Source: Candidatus Saccharimonadota bacterium
GTDB taxonomy: Bacteria; Patescibacteriota; Saccharimonadia; Saccharimonadales; Saccharimonadaceae
Reading direction: 5' to 3'
DNA: 64,000 bases
Assembly (NCBI GenBank): GCA_028289015.1
Contig: JAQGHC010000015.1
Coordinates: forward strand, 9,210-73,209
The stretch's first letter is position 1. Each line of letters begins with the position of its first letter. The notes under the pieces were generated by a model, which was not told the DNA's origin, did no database searches, and worked only from the letters and a program-made list of their open reading frames with translations. Below are positions 26,476 through 36,221 of this stretch, piece by piece. A program made the position numbers and the translations under genes.

Positions 26476-26946
26476 CTAATCGGTAACAATGATCGTGCCT
26501 GTCATTGTTTCGTCAACGTGGTCATGATATCCCCAGGTGCCGGCTTTGGTAATGGTAATTGTACCAGATTCACCAGGGTTCAGCGTGTTCATGTTGAGCT
26601 CTGGTTGTTCCTGATGTTTCGGATGGTCTGCCGAAGAGAACATAACATTCTTGGATGATTTGTTGCTAACGGTAATGGCTGAATTCTTTTTAACCGTTAG
26701 CGTGCTTGGAGTAAATCCGCTGTCTGTGTATGTGATTGTCGCTACAGGCGGAGTCTCCGATGTGGGCTCAGTACCCTCCTTTGCTGGCGATGACGTTTCA
26801 TCAGGTGTTATTAGGTTGGAATCGGTCACTGGTGCTTTGGTCGGCCTCTCTACTGCAGGCTGCGCCATCATGTACGCCCATGCACCTAGTAAAATAATAC
26901 ATATAACGGTAATTATGCCGATAGTAGCTTTTTTGTCCATAATCAA
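26476..26946 (-). CDS. membrane-anchored cupredoxin-fold protein
   Basis: An N-terminal TM and a Pro/Thr linker precede ITYTDSGFTPSTLTVKKNSAITVSNKS...LNPGESGTITITKAGTWGYHDH, which is typical of cupredoxin-like domains. Confidence 0.6.
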   Translation of the reverse strand: MIMDKKATIGIITVICIILLGAWAYMMAQPAVERPTKAPVTDSNLITPDETSSPAKEGTEPTSETPPVATITYTDSGFTPSTLTVKKNSAITVSNKSSKNVMFSSADHPKHQEQPELNMNTLNPGESGTITITKAGTWGYHDHVDETMTGTIIVTD

Positions 26947-27029
26947 ATTCCTTCATTTATTAGCGTTGTGTCTATAATGTTGTCGTAGGCTGGCATTAGT
27001 AGCTTGGATAGAGTGAGGGTAACGTGAAA

Positions 27030-29963
27030 TTAACGGATGCGCAGAATTGTTTCGTCGGTGGTTTTTTGCGCAGGCTCTGGGGTTGGAGGTGTGTGGTTGC
27101 GCTGCGAATCGTTAATAACGGGGAGTTCGCTACCCTGCTGTGTCGTCTGCGGGCGCGGGCGTGGAGCGCGAGTTCTATCACTTCTGTCGCCGTGGTCTGT
27201 CGCCGTGCGCTCACCGCCTTCTTGATTAGCCGCCGCTGGTTTACGTCTGCGAGTGCGTGTTCGCTTTCGTTTTTCGGGTACTACGACGCCATCTTCAGTA
27301 CTTCCTTGTTGTGTCGGAGCTGACGCAGGCATGGTATTATCAGTATCATCTAGTTGTGTCGCAGGATTGGCCTTAGTGATGCTCGGCGCATTACTTGTAG
27401 GCGGCTTTGCTGTCGGGGTGGGGCGGGTACTGCTAGCTGTCTTAAATACTATTTTATTCGGCGTGACTGTCTGCGTCTGTGTGTTAATTGGCCACTGCTT
27501 CGCCTGGGCTGCGGATTGAGGGCCCCGTTTGCTTTGTAGGTTTTGCGGCGGCTGAATAGCTTCTGCAATTTCTTGTTCGACATCTGCCCTGCTGCGGCTG
27601 TAGTTGCGACGTGTATTCTCGATGATCGTCGCGCTATTGTCGGTTTGCGGCGGAGGCAGCGTCAGCGTAGAGGCGCTAAAAGCTGGTGACTTTTCACCCC
27701 TAATAACCATATTAATGATAAAGTTTCGATTGTGCATTTGTAGCAGGTCGTTGGGTTCAAACTGAGGCTCGAACTGCTTTGATAAGATGGGGGCATCGTC
27801 CGCTGAGACGCGGAAGCAAATCATCGTACCTACGTTACCGAATACGGCATCGCGCACCGTTTCGCTCATTTGTGAAATGTACTGGTTTGCAACGGTTAGG
27901 TTAAGGCCGTATTTACGAGCCTCGGATAGAATAGTTGCGAAGCTGTCGGTCGCAAAGTTTTGAAATTCGTCTACGTAAAGATAGAACGGCCGTCGATCTT
28001 CGATTTTCGGAATATCCGATCGCGACATAGCTGCAAGCTGGATCTTGGTCACTAAAAAGGCGCCAAGGATAGAAGCATTATCTTCACCTACAAGGCCCTT
28101 TGAAAGATTGACGATAAGAATCTTACCTTCATCCATAATTTCACGAATATTAAACGTACTTTTAGGTTGCCCAATGATATTACGAATCACAGGGTTGGCA
28201 GTAAATGCACCTACCTTGTTTAGTACAGGTGCGATCGCTTCAGCGACAAACTTATCATTCCAGCTTGCAAATTCAACGCGCCAGAATTGCATGACAACCG
28301 TGTCTTTACAGTAAGTCAGCGTATCTTCACGGAACTTTTTATCGGTTAGCATGCGGGTAATATCGAGCATCGTCGTCTCGGGTCGATCAAGCAGCGCAAG
28401 AATGGTGTAACGAAGGATATATTCAAGGCGTGGCCCCCATGATTCGCCAAACATACGCTTTAATACGCCGATAACTTCAGAGCTAATATTGGTTTTTTGG
28501 GCTGGGTTGGTTACTTCTAGCGGGTTAAATCCTAGTGGGAATGCCGTGTCAGCCGGATTGAAGTAGACAACATCTTTCATGCGTGACTCTGGGATGAAAC
28601 GCATATTGTCAACGGCAAAGTCGCCGTGCGGATCGATGATCGCATAGCCTTGGCCATGGAATATGTCAGAAAGTGCGAATAGCTCCAGTGTACCTGATTT
28701 ACCGGCACCAGTTTGTCCGATGATATAGACATGACGGCTGCGGTCGGATCGCAACATGCCAAATTGATGTTTCATGCCGCGGAAGTTCGTTAATCCGAAC
28801 GCACTGATGTTTTCGTCGATTGCTTCATTGCCCGTGACGACAGGTAATTTCGCTGGCGGTTCGGCGGTTTTATTGCTAGCCCAAACGATATTCGGTGTTT
28901 CTACGTTGGTATGAGGCAAGTGAAAGACACTGGCGACCTCTTCGATGTTTAAAATAAAGCCACGATCAATAAACAACCTGTTGCGGTAGTTTGCCAGATC
29001 TTCTTTTTTAAAGCTGCCGCCATTCATACGAAAGCCATTTAGGTTAGTGCTGTTAAATTGCTTGAAGGTTCCTACGATAGCCTGCATGCGTAGTTTTGCG
29101 TTCGTTTCGCTTTCGCCAAGATAAGCCATACGGATTTTGACTTGGTAGCCAAGTTTGGTCGCTTTCTTTTCCGCTTCGGCAAGACGAGTTTTATCCCGTT
29201 CGGAAAGCTCTTTCGGCGCTGTTGCACCGCCTGTTCCCTGCTCTGGTGGTTTCCACAGCGCTTCTAGCAACGTGCCCACCCATTTAAAGTTCAGCCCTTC
29301 GCCCGATAAAAAGCCGAACGGATTACCGTTTTTGACACTTTTTATCCAACTGTCAGATTGTTTTTGCCATGAATCGGCAATAGGGCGAGTTAATACCTGC
29401 ACCCATAACTCTTCCCCTGTTGATTCAAGCTTGGCGAGCGTGCCAGTGATGCCAGCCAAAGGGTCAACTTCAAAACTTTGAAACGTTTTGATCGGCAAAA
29501 ATTCACTGTCAGATAGTGTGATTTCAGAGGTATAAACAACACTATGCTGGCGTTCGTGGGCAACATAATCTTCGGGTGCCTCGTGAATTTGGACAGTTGG
29601 ATACTGCGAATAAATTTGCCCCTCGACAAAACTTTGCAATGTTTTCGGAACCCAGGCGTAAAAGCGGATTTGTCCGTTGACGGATGCAATTTCGAAGCTA
29701 AGGTGTTCTTGAATGCCGTTGGTTTGCTTCAGCTCTTCCCTGTCGCGTAAAATACCATGCAAGCTGGCAAAAAGCTGTTCGGCGGCAAGTTCTGACTTGT
29801 CGTTTGCCTTTGGGATTTCTAATGCAAGTAGGACGCTCTCAATAGATTTAACCGATTCGGTAATCTGATTATTTTTCCACGTAAGGTACGCTAAGATAAG
29901 TACACCCGGCAGCCAAATGTACCATTGAAATAACAGACTTATAACCCAAAAGAAGACATCCAT
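27030..29963 (-). CDS. membrane-anchored VirD4/TraD/FtsK-HerA-like P-loop ATPase with a long disordered C-terminal tail
   Basis: An N-terminal TM hairpin is followed by Walker A IIGQTGAGKSG and Walker B FYLYVDEFQNF, with ARKYGLNLTVANQY also present. The last ~230 aa are a Thr/Pro/Arg/Gln-rich low-complexity tail. Confidence 0.7.
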   Translation of the reverse strand: MDVFFWVISLLFQWYIWLPGVLILAYLTWKNNQITESVKSIESVLLALEIPKANDKSELAAEQLFASLHGILRDREELKQTNGIQEHLSFEIASVNGQIRFYAWVPKTLQSFVEGQIYSQYPTVQIHEAPEDYVAHERQHSVVYTSEITLSDSEFLPIKTFQSFEVDPLAGITGTLAKLESTGEELWVQVLTRPIADSWQKQSDSWIKSVKNGNPFGFLSGEGLNFKWVGTLLEALWKPPEQGTGGATAPKELSERDKTRLAEAEKKATKLGYQVKIRMAYLGESETNAKLRMQAIVGTFKQFNSTNLNGFRMNGGSFKKEDLANYRNRLFIDRGFILNIEEVASVFHLPHTNVETPNIVWASNKTAEPPAKLPVVTGNEAIDENISAFGLTNFRGMKHQFGMLRSDRSRHVYIIGQTGAGKSGTLELFALSDIFHGQGYAIIDPHGDFAVDNMRFIPESRMKDVVYFNPADTAFPLGFNPLEVTNPAQKTNISSEVIGVLKRMFGESWGPRLEYILRYTILALLDRPETTMLDITRMLTDKKFREDTLTYCKDTVVMQFWRVEFASWNDKFVAEAIAPVLNKVGAFTANPVIRNIIGQPKSTFNIREIMDEGKILIVNLSKGLVGEDNASILGAFLVTKIQLAAMSRSDIPKIEDRRPFYLYVDEFQNFATDSFATILSEARKYGLNLTVANQYISQMSETVRDAVFGNVGTMICFRVSADDAPILSKQFEPQFEPNDLLQMHNRNFIINMVIRGEKSPAFSASTLTLPPPQTDNSATIIENTRRNYSRSRADVEQEIAEAIQPPQNLQSKRGPQSAAQAKQWPINTQTQTVTPNKIVFKTASSTRPTPTAKPPTSNAPSITKANPATQLDDTDNTMPASAPTQQGSTEDGVVVPEKRKRTRTRRRKPAAANQEGGERTATDHGDRSDRTRAPRPRPQTTQQGSELPVINDSQRNHTPPTPEPAQKTTDETILRIR

Positions 29964-30009
29964 AACTACTGTTTATTGTCTCATCTGCACGCCCTCATTG
30001 CAAGGGTGG

Positions 30010-31065
30010 CTATTTAGTGACGACGTCCAATGCGTAGGTGGCCTTGGCGACGCGCTTAAACTGAGGTTTGCTTTGAAGATTCAATAGAATAGTCGTTTCT
30101 TTTACTTGGCGGCTTTTTAAAACTCGCTTAACGATTTCGTCACGATGAAGCGGCTCGCTGGCATCTTTTAATACGCCAGTAATGATGTCGGCGACCGTTC
30201 CCTTGCTGAACCCCCAGTTGTCAAGTGCATAAATGCCGCGACCGATAAGAACAAAGCGTTTGTCTTTGATGAGTTCGTTGTGAATCGCCTGCGTCGTAAC
30301 GTCTTTTCGCTTGAAGTCGCTGTCTTTGATTGATTTAGCGATGTCTGAAAAGTGCATAGGCTTGCCATTTTCAGCGAGTATAACATAAATTTTATCACGA
30401 ATATTCTTTGGATTAACTGTCGGCCATTTCGTAAGTCCCCAGAAATCCTTTAGATGCGCAAGATTCTTACTGACACTGGCAAGAGCGCGGACTTGATCTG
30501 GATTTTCATGCTTCAGCAACTTGTGAAGTTCTTCAATTTGCAGTGGTTCGCCGTGTTTTTTGACTGTTTTGACGATTTCGTCAACATTCGCCTTGATGGT
30601 TTTTTCATCGCTATATTGCTTGATGCCAACAGCGTGATGGTAACTGTCATTTTCACCGACAACGACGAGGTTGGGAGATAACTCTGCGATAAATGCGATG
30701 TGTGCACGACTACGTGCATCTGTTTTGCCACCCATCAAGCGATCGGTAATGTCTTGGATTCGAGCAACGCGGCCAGTCTCTGAAAGATCACGAATAATCA
30801 TGCGTTCGACGTCATTGATTGCAGGAACCTTGTTGTCCTCAGCGGCGATTTTAAGGCGGATAAGGATAGCTTTTTCTAATTGACGCACTCGTTCACGGGT
30901 AATTCCGAGCAATTCACCGATTTGTTCGAGTGTTTCGCGGCGATCAAAAAGGCCAAAGCGTCGTGTAATAATTTCACGTTCACGTTCTTGGTCGATAATC
31001 TCAAGAATATCGACGACAGCCTGCTTTAGGGTTGCGGTCGTATTTGTTTGTGTGGGTTTATCCAT
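30010..31065 (-). CDS. sigma-70 region-4-like HTH plus HARE-HTH domain protein
   Basis: The N-terminus ITRRFGLFDRRETLEQIGELLGITRERVRQLEKAILIRLK resembles RpoD region 4. The C-terminus KPMHFSDIAKSI...IHNELIKDKRFVLIGRGIYAL resembles a HARE-HTH. Confidence 0.6.
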   Translation of the reverse strand: MDKPTQTNTTATLKQAVVDILEIIDQEREREIITRRFGLFDRRETLEQIGELLGITRERVRQLEKAILIRLKIAAEDNKVPAINDVERMIIRDLSETGRVARIQDITDRLMGGKTDARSRAHIAFIAELSPNLVVVGENDSYHHAVGIKQYSDEKTIKANVDEIVKTVKKHGEPLQIEELHKLLKHENPDQVRALASVSKNLAHLKDFWGLTKWPTVNPKNIRDKIYVILAENGKPMHFSDIAKSIKDSDFKRKDVTTQAIHNELIKDKRFVLIGRGIYALDNWGFSKGTVADIITGVLKDASEPLHRDEIVKRVLKSRQVKETTILLNLQSKPQFKRVAKATYALDVVTK

Positions 31066-31357
31066 GGCGTTTTGGTGTATCCTCTCTATTAATTTTCATT
31101 ATGTATATCAAATGTCATGTATTTATTATTCAAATTATAGAACAATATTCTAATAATGTCAAATACTTTATCTATATAACTAATTATAGCATGAAGTAGA
31201 CGTGCTTAGTAAAGAGTGTCATGAGACTTTCATAATACTTATGATATGTCATCGCTAAACCTAGAGTATCGCGTGTGTCAATAATGTAGTTGCATTTAAT
31301 ATAGAGTTTCCAATCAGTAAGACGTGCATTAAAGTAACCTCGTAGAAAAATATATGC

Positions 31358-31391
31358 AAATAAAATACGCCCTTTAGTATAAAGGGCGTAT
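31358..31391 (-). terminator. intrinsic terminator of topA
   Basis: On the minus strand ATACGCCCTTT-atact-AAAGGGCGTAT is followed by TTTTATTT. Confidence 0.8.
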
Positions 31392-31405
31392 TTGTACGTT
31401 ATCGG

Positions 31406-33754
31406 TTATTTCTTTGTCTTGCGGGTGGTTTTTTTGGCTGGAGTTTTTTTAGTGGCTGTTTTTCGGGCGAAGCGTCCTTTGGCTGGTACAGCGCTGGCCA
31501 AAAGCTCTTTTGCCTGCTCGTGCGTAATCTCGGCGGGTTCAGTGTCTTTAGGGATTTTGGCATTCTTTTTACCGTCAGTAATGTAGGGGCCGTAGCGACC
31601 CTTCAGTACTTTGATACCATCACCAAAATCAGCAATATTCTTTTCTGCTTCTGTTTTTAGCTTTTCTTTGTAGAGGTCGAGTGCTTCTTCCAATGTAATC
31701 GTGTGTGGATCGAGTGGTTTAATACTAACGAAAAGCTTGCCGATTTGAACATAAGGCCCAAAGCGTCCGATATTTGCTTTAATATCGTCACCGTCGGTAG
31801 TAGTGCCAAGAACGCGCGGCAGCTTGAACATATGGAGTGCTTCTTCAAGCGTCACGTTTTCGATCTTTTTGCCGGCAGGAAGTGGCGCAAACAGCACCTT
31901 CTCTTCCTTGTCTTCGCCACTGCCTAGTTGCAACATTGGACCGTAGCGGCCAAATCGAGCAAGGACGGGCTTGTTTGTTTTAGGATCGATGCCAATTTCG
32001 CGGGCCTGGGCGACTGTCGAGCGGTCGATGCCGCCCGATTCAGTAATTAATTGGTGGAACGGCTTATAAAAGTCTTCCAACATTGCGTTACGTTCTAACT
32101 TTCCATTCGCGATCTCGTCAAATTCCTCTTCCACCTTAGCCGTAAAGCCATAGTCGACGATTTGGTCAAAGTGGTTGGTAAGGAAATCACTAACGACCTG
32201 TCCGGCAGGAGTTGGAACTAGCTTTCCTCTGTCGGCGCCAGTCTTTTCTTGGACGACTTCACGATTAACTTCGTTATTCTTTAATGTGTAGACGATGATA
32301 TCACGAGGTGTTCCTTCGCCCTCGCCTTTCTCGGCGTAGCCACGAACCTGAACAGTGTTAATGATAGTGGCATAGGTTGATGGGCGGCCAATGCCTAGAT
32401 CTTCTAGTTTTTTAACAAGTGCACCTTCGCTGTAGCGAGCCGGTGGCCGTGCGAATAATTGCTTGGCTGTAGCATTTTGAAGGTTCAATAAATCACCGCT
32501 CGTGACAGCCGGCAAAATGTCCGCATCCTTCTTGCTGCCACCGTAGACACGAAGGAAGCCGTCAAAGATAATAACCTCGCCTTTGGCTTCAAAGACTTCT
32601 TGCGCAGTTGAAATAGCAATCGTCACGACGGTCTTTTCAAGCTTTGCCGGTGCCATCTGGCTGGCAAGTGTACGGTTGCGGATTAATGTGTATAGTTTTT
32701 GGTCGTATTCGTTGCTGCTGCCGCGCTCTTGGGCCATATCTGTTGGTCGAATGGCTTCATGAGCTTCTTGTGCACCGGCAGCTTTAGTCTTGAAGGTTCG
32801 GACCTGGCTGTACTCTTCGCCAAACGCACTCTTAATATAACTAGCAGCTGCGGCAATCGCTTCGCCGCCAAGATTGACTGAATCAGTACGCATGTAGGTA
32901 ATCTTACCCTCTTGATATAGCTTTTGCGCGCTGGACATTGTCGCTTTCGCGCCAAAGCCAAGGCGGCTGTTGGCATCTTGCTGCATAGTACTCGTCGTAA
33001 ATGGCGCGCTAGGGTTACGAGTACTTGGGCTGGTAGTGATATTAGAAACACTAAAGTTCGCACCTACTAATGATTCCAGGAACGCCCGGGCTTCTGACTC
33101 GGTGGCAAATCGTTTCGCTAATTCCGCTTTCATTAGTTGGCCATCATGCATAAATTCAGCGGTGACCTTAAATGTAAAGGATCCTTCAAAGCTGTCAATT
33201 TCGCGTTCACGCTCGACAAGCAATCGAACAGCTGGCGACTGAACGCGGCCGGCTGATTTGCCGCCAGGAACTTTTTTCCAGACAACTGGTGATAGTTCAA
33301 AGCCAACCAAGCGGTCGAGGATTTGGCGGGCTTGTTGCGCCTGTACCAGGCTCATATCGACGGTCCGTGGGTGCTTGACAGCCTCTTCGATGGCTTTCTT
33401 CGTGATTTCATGAAACACAATACGTTTGGTCGTTTTAGGATCGAGTTTTAGGACCTCGCAAAGATGCCAGGCAATTGCCTCCCCTTCGCGGTCTTCATCT
33501 GTTGCAAGCCAAACGGTTTCAGCAACCTTAACGGCCTTTCGCAGTTCTGCGACGGTTTTCTTTTTTTCTGAGTCGATCTCGTATGTCGTCTCAAAGCCCT
33601 TATCTACTTGGATAGGTTCTGTACCGCCTTTTACTTTCTTTGCAATGCTGCGAATATGCCCAACGCTTGAAAGGACATGAAAATCCTTCCCGAGATATTT
33701 CTCGATAGTTTTAGCTTTTGCTGGTGACTCGACGATAACTAGATTCTTGCTCAT
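31406..33754 (-). CDS. topA: DNA topoisomerase I
   Basis: MSKNLVIVESPAKAKTIEKYLG marks the Toprim domain. DEDREGE and the active-site region YMRTDS are present. The C-terminus has repeats and a Lys-rich tail. The start at ATG 33754 has an AAGGA SD. Confidence 0.95.
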   Translation of the reverse strand: MSKNLVIVESPAKAKTIEKYLGKDFHVLSSVGHIRSIAKKVKGGTEPIQVDKGFETTYEIDSEKKKTVAELRKAVKVAETVWLATDEDREGEAIAWHLCEVLKLDPKTTKRIVFHEITKKAIEEAVKHPRTVDMSLVQAQQARQILDRLVGFELSPVVWKKVPGGKSAGRVQSPAVRLLVEREREIDSFEGSFTFKVTAEFMHDGQLMKAELAKRFATESEARAFLESLVGANFSVSNITTSPSTRNPSAPFTTSTMQQDANSRLGFGAKATMSSAQKLYQEGKITYMRTDSVNLGGEAIAAAASYIKSAFGEEYSQVRTFKTKAAGAQEAHEAIRPTDMAQERGSSNEYDQKLYTLIRNRTLASQMAPAKLEKTVVTIAISTAQEVFEAKGEVIIFDGFLRVYGGSKKDADILPAVTSGDLLNLQNATAKQLFARPPARYSEGALVKKLEDLGIGRPSTYATIINTVQVRGYAEKGEGEGTPRDIIVYTLKNNEVNREVVQEKTGADRGKLVPTPAGQVVSDFLTNHFDQIVDYGFTAKVEEEFDEIANGKLERNAMLEDFYKPFHQLITESGGIDRSTVAQAREIGIDPKTNKPVLARFGRYGPMLQLGSGEDKEEKVLFAPLPAGKKIENVTLEEALHMFKLPRVLGTTTDGDDIKANIGRFGPYVQIGKLFVSIKPLDPHTITLEEALDLYKEKLKTEAEKNIADFGDGIKVLKGRYGPYITDGKKNAKIPKDTEPAEITHEQAKELLASAVPAKGRFARKTATKKTPAKKTTRKTKK

Positions 33755-33881
33755 ATAATAATATCCTTGTGCTTTCTTATTCGTGCACAATGCTTAATTC
33801 TACGCATGTTTACGTTTTTTGCAAGAGTAAACATCATGACGAGCTAGGGAGCGGCATATTGCAGGTCCATCGCCCCCGGGT

Positions 33882-34365
33882 TTAATTATTATCACCGCTA
33901 ATCGATGTGCAAATGTTGCCGCCTGTCGTAATTAAGACTGTCGCGGCCATCGTCCTTGCGCCACTAAACTTAGAGGGGGTATGGGAGAGTGTTTGATCCA
34001 ACGGGACGCCGATGTCAGGAATAAATAGACTCGAGAGCGGCAGGGATATAATTATCAAAACTACCGTCACCGCAGTATATAAATGTTTTTTCGTTTGCTA
34101 ACCCGCGGGTGCTTTCGTATAATTTTGCACTTTTAAAGACGTTCGCCGGATCAATCATAGCGTATGTCGTATCTACAACGATTGAGGGTGAAATCCGTTG
34201 TCAATTTTATAAAGTTCTAATCGCTTTGAAAGATTAGCCGCATTAGATTGCGCAGAAACGATTATTCCTCGTTGCCGAACGCCATTAAATGAGACGACGG
34301 TAATAGTCGCTAGTTTGCCAATGATTATTATTAGTAGCTCGACTATAGAAAATCTGTCTAAGCAT
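33882..34365 (-). pseudogene. decayed type IV pilin-like gene (frameshifts and a stop)
   Basis: The minus-strand frame reads ...DRFSIVELLIIIIGKLATITVVSFNGVRQRG...LELYKIDNGFHPQSL*, a pilin alpha-1 helix. The only nearby ATG (34365) is out of frame. Downstream pilin-like C-terminal pieces (ANEKTFIYCGDGSFDNYIPAALESIY; TTGGNICTSISGDNN) lie in two other frames. Confidence 0.55.
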
Positions 34366-34560
34366 TTCTTTGTCCTTCAATGCTGAAGGAGTGACAGGTG
34401 ATAAACAAGGTTAAGATAGCTAATGAATCGGAAGTGATTTAGGCTGAATACTATTCACTCGAGGATCATATCGCAGCCACAAACGTCAAACGCGTTAAAA
34501 TCTGTGGTTGCGAGAGGCAGAGGAGAATAACGTCCCTCTCGCAGTAGGTACTATTTAATT

Positions 34561-34875
34561 CTAGGGCATCATGAGGCGCGTAGCCGAGTCTTCTACTTGC
34601 TGAAATTGGTTGTCGCGTAAAAGCTGGGTGATGTTATCGGATGTAAGCCAAGCCGCGGCTTGTATGGGCCCTTCGCCCTGGAGTATCCGGTTAAACTGCG
34701 CATAGACAACTTCCAGGCGCGACACTTGCTCGTCGGACGGTATTTCATTGCTGACCCTGTCCAGCCAGGCTATAAGTGTGCGTGGGCTTTTTGCGTTCAG
34801 AAAAAGGGCAACTTTTTCAGCGCTAAAATAGTACATCAGCTGTCGGAGTTGATCGCAATCGATCGTTTTGGTCAT
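34561..34875 (-). CDS. hypothetical protein (possibly Xre/DUF2384-like antitoxin fold)
   Basis: ATG 34875 is preceded by a GAGGA SD. The C-terminal AAAWLTSDNITQLLRDNQF is weakly reminiscent of DUF2384 antitoxins. No toxin partner was seen. Confidence 0.4.
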   Translation of the reverse strand: MTKTIDCDQLRQLMYYFSAEKVALFLNAKSPRTLIAWLDRVSNEIPSDEQVSRLEVVYAQFNRILQGEGPIQAAAWLTSDNITQLLRDNQFQQVEDSATRLMMP

Positions 34876-35001
34876 TTTTATTCCTCTGTCTCTAGTGTCG
34901 TGAAAGATTTTTTCGCGACGATGAAAAGAACAAATCAAGCTGGGGTAAACCCGGCTATTATAAAATATATTATGATAATTAAAATTCAATATGTCAATCG
35001 T

Positions 35002-35928
35002 TTATCGTAACGTCCACTGATTGCCGCCCAGTCCGCGTATTGTACCGTTTATCTCCATCATGGTCAGCGCCTGGTTAAACTCGGCGATAGTAACGAGAGA
35101 TTGGCGTTGCAATTCGTCACCATCCCGAGTGCCTGATTGCAGTAAGGTAATGATTGTTGATTCTAATGGCGTGCTGCCCAGTGGTAAGAATGATTGAGAT
35201 TCTATGAGATTGGGAGCAATAACCTCAAGCACATCTTCGGCGCAGGTAACTATGCGTGCGCCCTGTTTTAATAACGCATTACAGCCAGCGGATAGCGGGC
35301 TGGTAATGTTGCCTGGTACGACGAACACTTCTTTCCCCTGTTCCAGTGCGTGCGCCACAGTTGCGAGCGTGCCACTGCGTGCAGCGGCTTCGATAACGAT
35401 AGTGGCATCAGATAAGCCGCTGACAATACGGTTACGGGCTAAAAACTGATAATCCCGAGCGTCTGTGGGTGGTTCATATTCACTAAGGATTGCCCCGCCG
35501 CTTGCGATGATTTTATCTGCTAAGTCTTTGTTTGTTCGCGGATACACCTTATCGACACTATTAGCGAGGACGGCAATGGTTATCCCGCTAGCTTCTAGGG
35601 CTGCTTTATGGGCGATAGTATCGATACCAAGTGCTAGCCCGCTGACGATAACAACACCTTTCTTCGCAAGGTCATAAGACAGAGCGTGCGCCACTTCTCT
35701 GCCGTATGTGGTCGGTTTGCGTGTGCCGACGATCGCTACCGTTGCGATGCGCTTTTCTGGCAACACGCCAGTGAAATAAACATACTTAGGAACCTTTGCT
35801 ATATTTGTCAAAGTTTCTAAATAGTTATGCTTATCTGGGGTCGCTCTATTGATTTTCATAGTAAAATGTTTCGAAAAGTATTGACTTAATGTCAAATACG
35901 TGCTAATATGAGACATGATTGGTTGCAT
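35002..35928 (-). CDS. dprA: DNA processing protein DprA (Smf)
   Basis: Contains VAIVGTRKPTTYGREVA, VIVSGLALGIDTIAHKAAL and SGTLATVAHALEQGKEVFVVPG. The start is uncertain between 35928, 35916 and 35859. Confidence 0.85.
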   Translation of the reverse strand: MQPIMSHISTYLTLSQYFSKHFTMKINRATPDKHNYLETLTNIAKVPKYVYFTGVLPEKRIATVAIVGTRKPTTYGREVAHALSYDLAKKGVVIVSGLALGIDTIAHKAALEASGITIAVLANSVDKVYPRTNKDLADKIIASGGAILSEYEPPTDARDYQFLARNRIVSGLSDATIVIEAAARSGTLATVAHALEQGKEVFVVPGNITSPLSAGCNALLKQGARIVTCAEDVLEVIAPNLIESQSFLPLGSTPLESTIITLLQSGTRDGDELQRQSLVTIAEFNQALTMMEINGTIRGLGGNQWTLR

Positions 35929-36049
35929 CTGCGAGATTAACCAAACGCACCTTATACCCCCTATTCTAACTTATGTTAGGTTGTGTGCAATGTGTTTATC
36001 TAGTAACTACCCTCCACTAGTGGACAAATAGCATTGTACACATACTAAT

Positions 36050-36117
36050 CCCTTTAACCGGCGGACCTCCATATTTGTGAGGTGGGTCACGCTATGCCCT
36101 ACGGGTGGGTTAAAGGG
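36050..36117 (+). other. unassigned structured element (three-way-junction-like fold)
   Basis: A 10-bp closing helix pairs CCCTTTAACC (36050-36059) with GGTTAAAGGG (36108-36117). It encloses ACCTC-cat..tgt-GAGGT and GCCC-tac-GGGT hairpins. I do not recognise the family. Confidence 0.3.
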
Positions 36118-36124
36118 CCAAAAT

Positions 36125-36162
36125 GGCGCCAGGTGATGCCCACCCTTACCTGGCGCCTTTTT
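36125..36162. terminator. intrinsic terminator hairpin (bidirectional-looking)
   Basis: GGCGCCAGGT, a 13-nt loop, ACCTGGCGCC and then TTTTT on the plus strand. An A-run lies on the other side. Confidence 0.7.
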
Positions 36163-36189
36163 GGTTGGAAAGATAATTATAAAGTAGAA

Positions 36190-36221
36190 AGCCCGCCGCA
36201 AATGAATGCGGCGGGCTTTTT
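36190..36221. terminator. intrinsic terminator hairpin
   Basis: AGCCCGCCGC-aaatgaat-GCGGCGGGCT followed by TTTT. Confidence 0.7.

Noticed and set aside
27024-27539. Several plus-strand ORFs (62-99 aa) at the 3' end of the ATPase gene
   Set aside because: They are antisense to the low-complexity tail coding region. No start signals are present and the composition is Arg/Cys/Val-rich noise.
36050-36120. tRNA-like reading of the structured element (closing helix followed by GGGCCA)
   Set aside because: No D-arm or T-arm can be formed, no TTCGA-type loop is present, and the would-be anticodon loop is 9 nt. It is not a tRNA.
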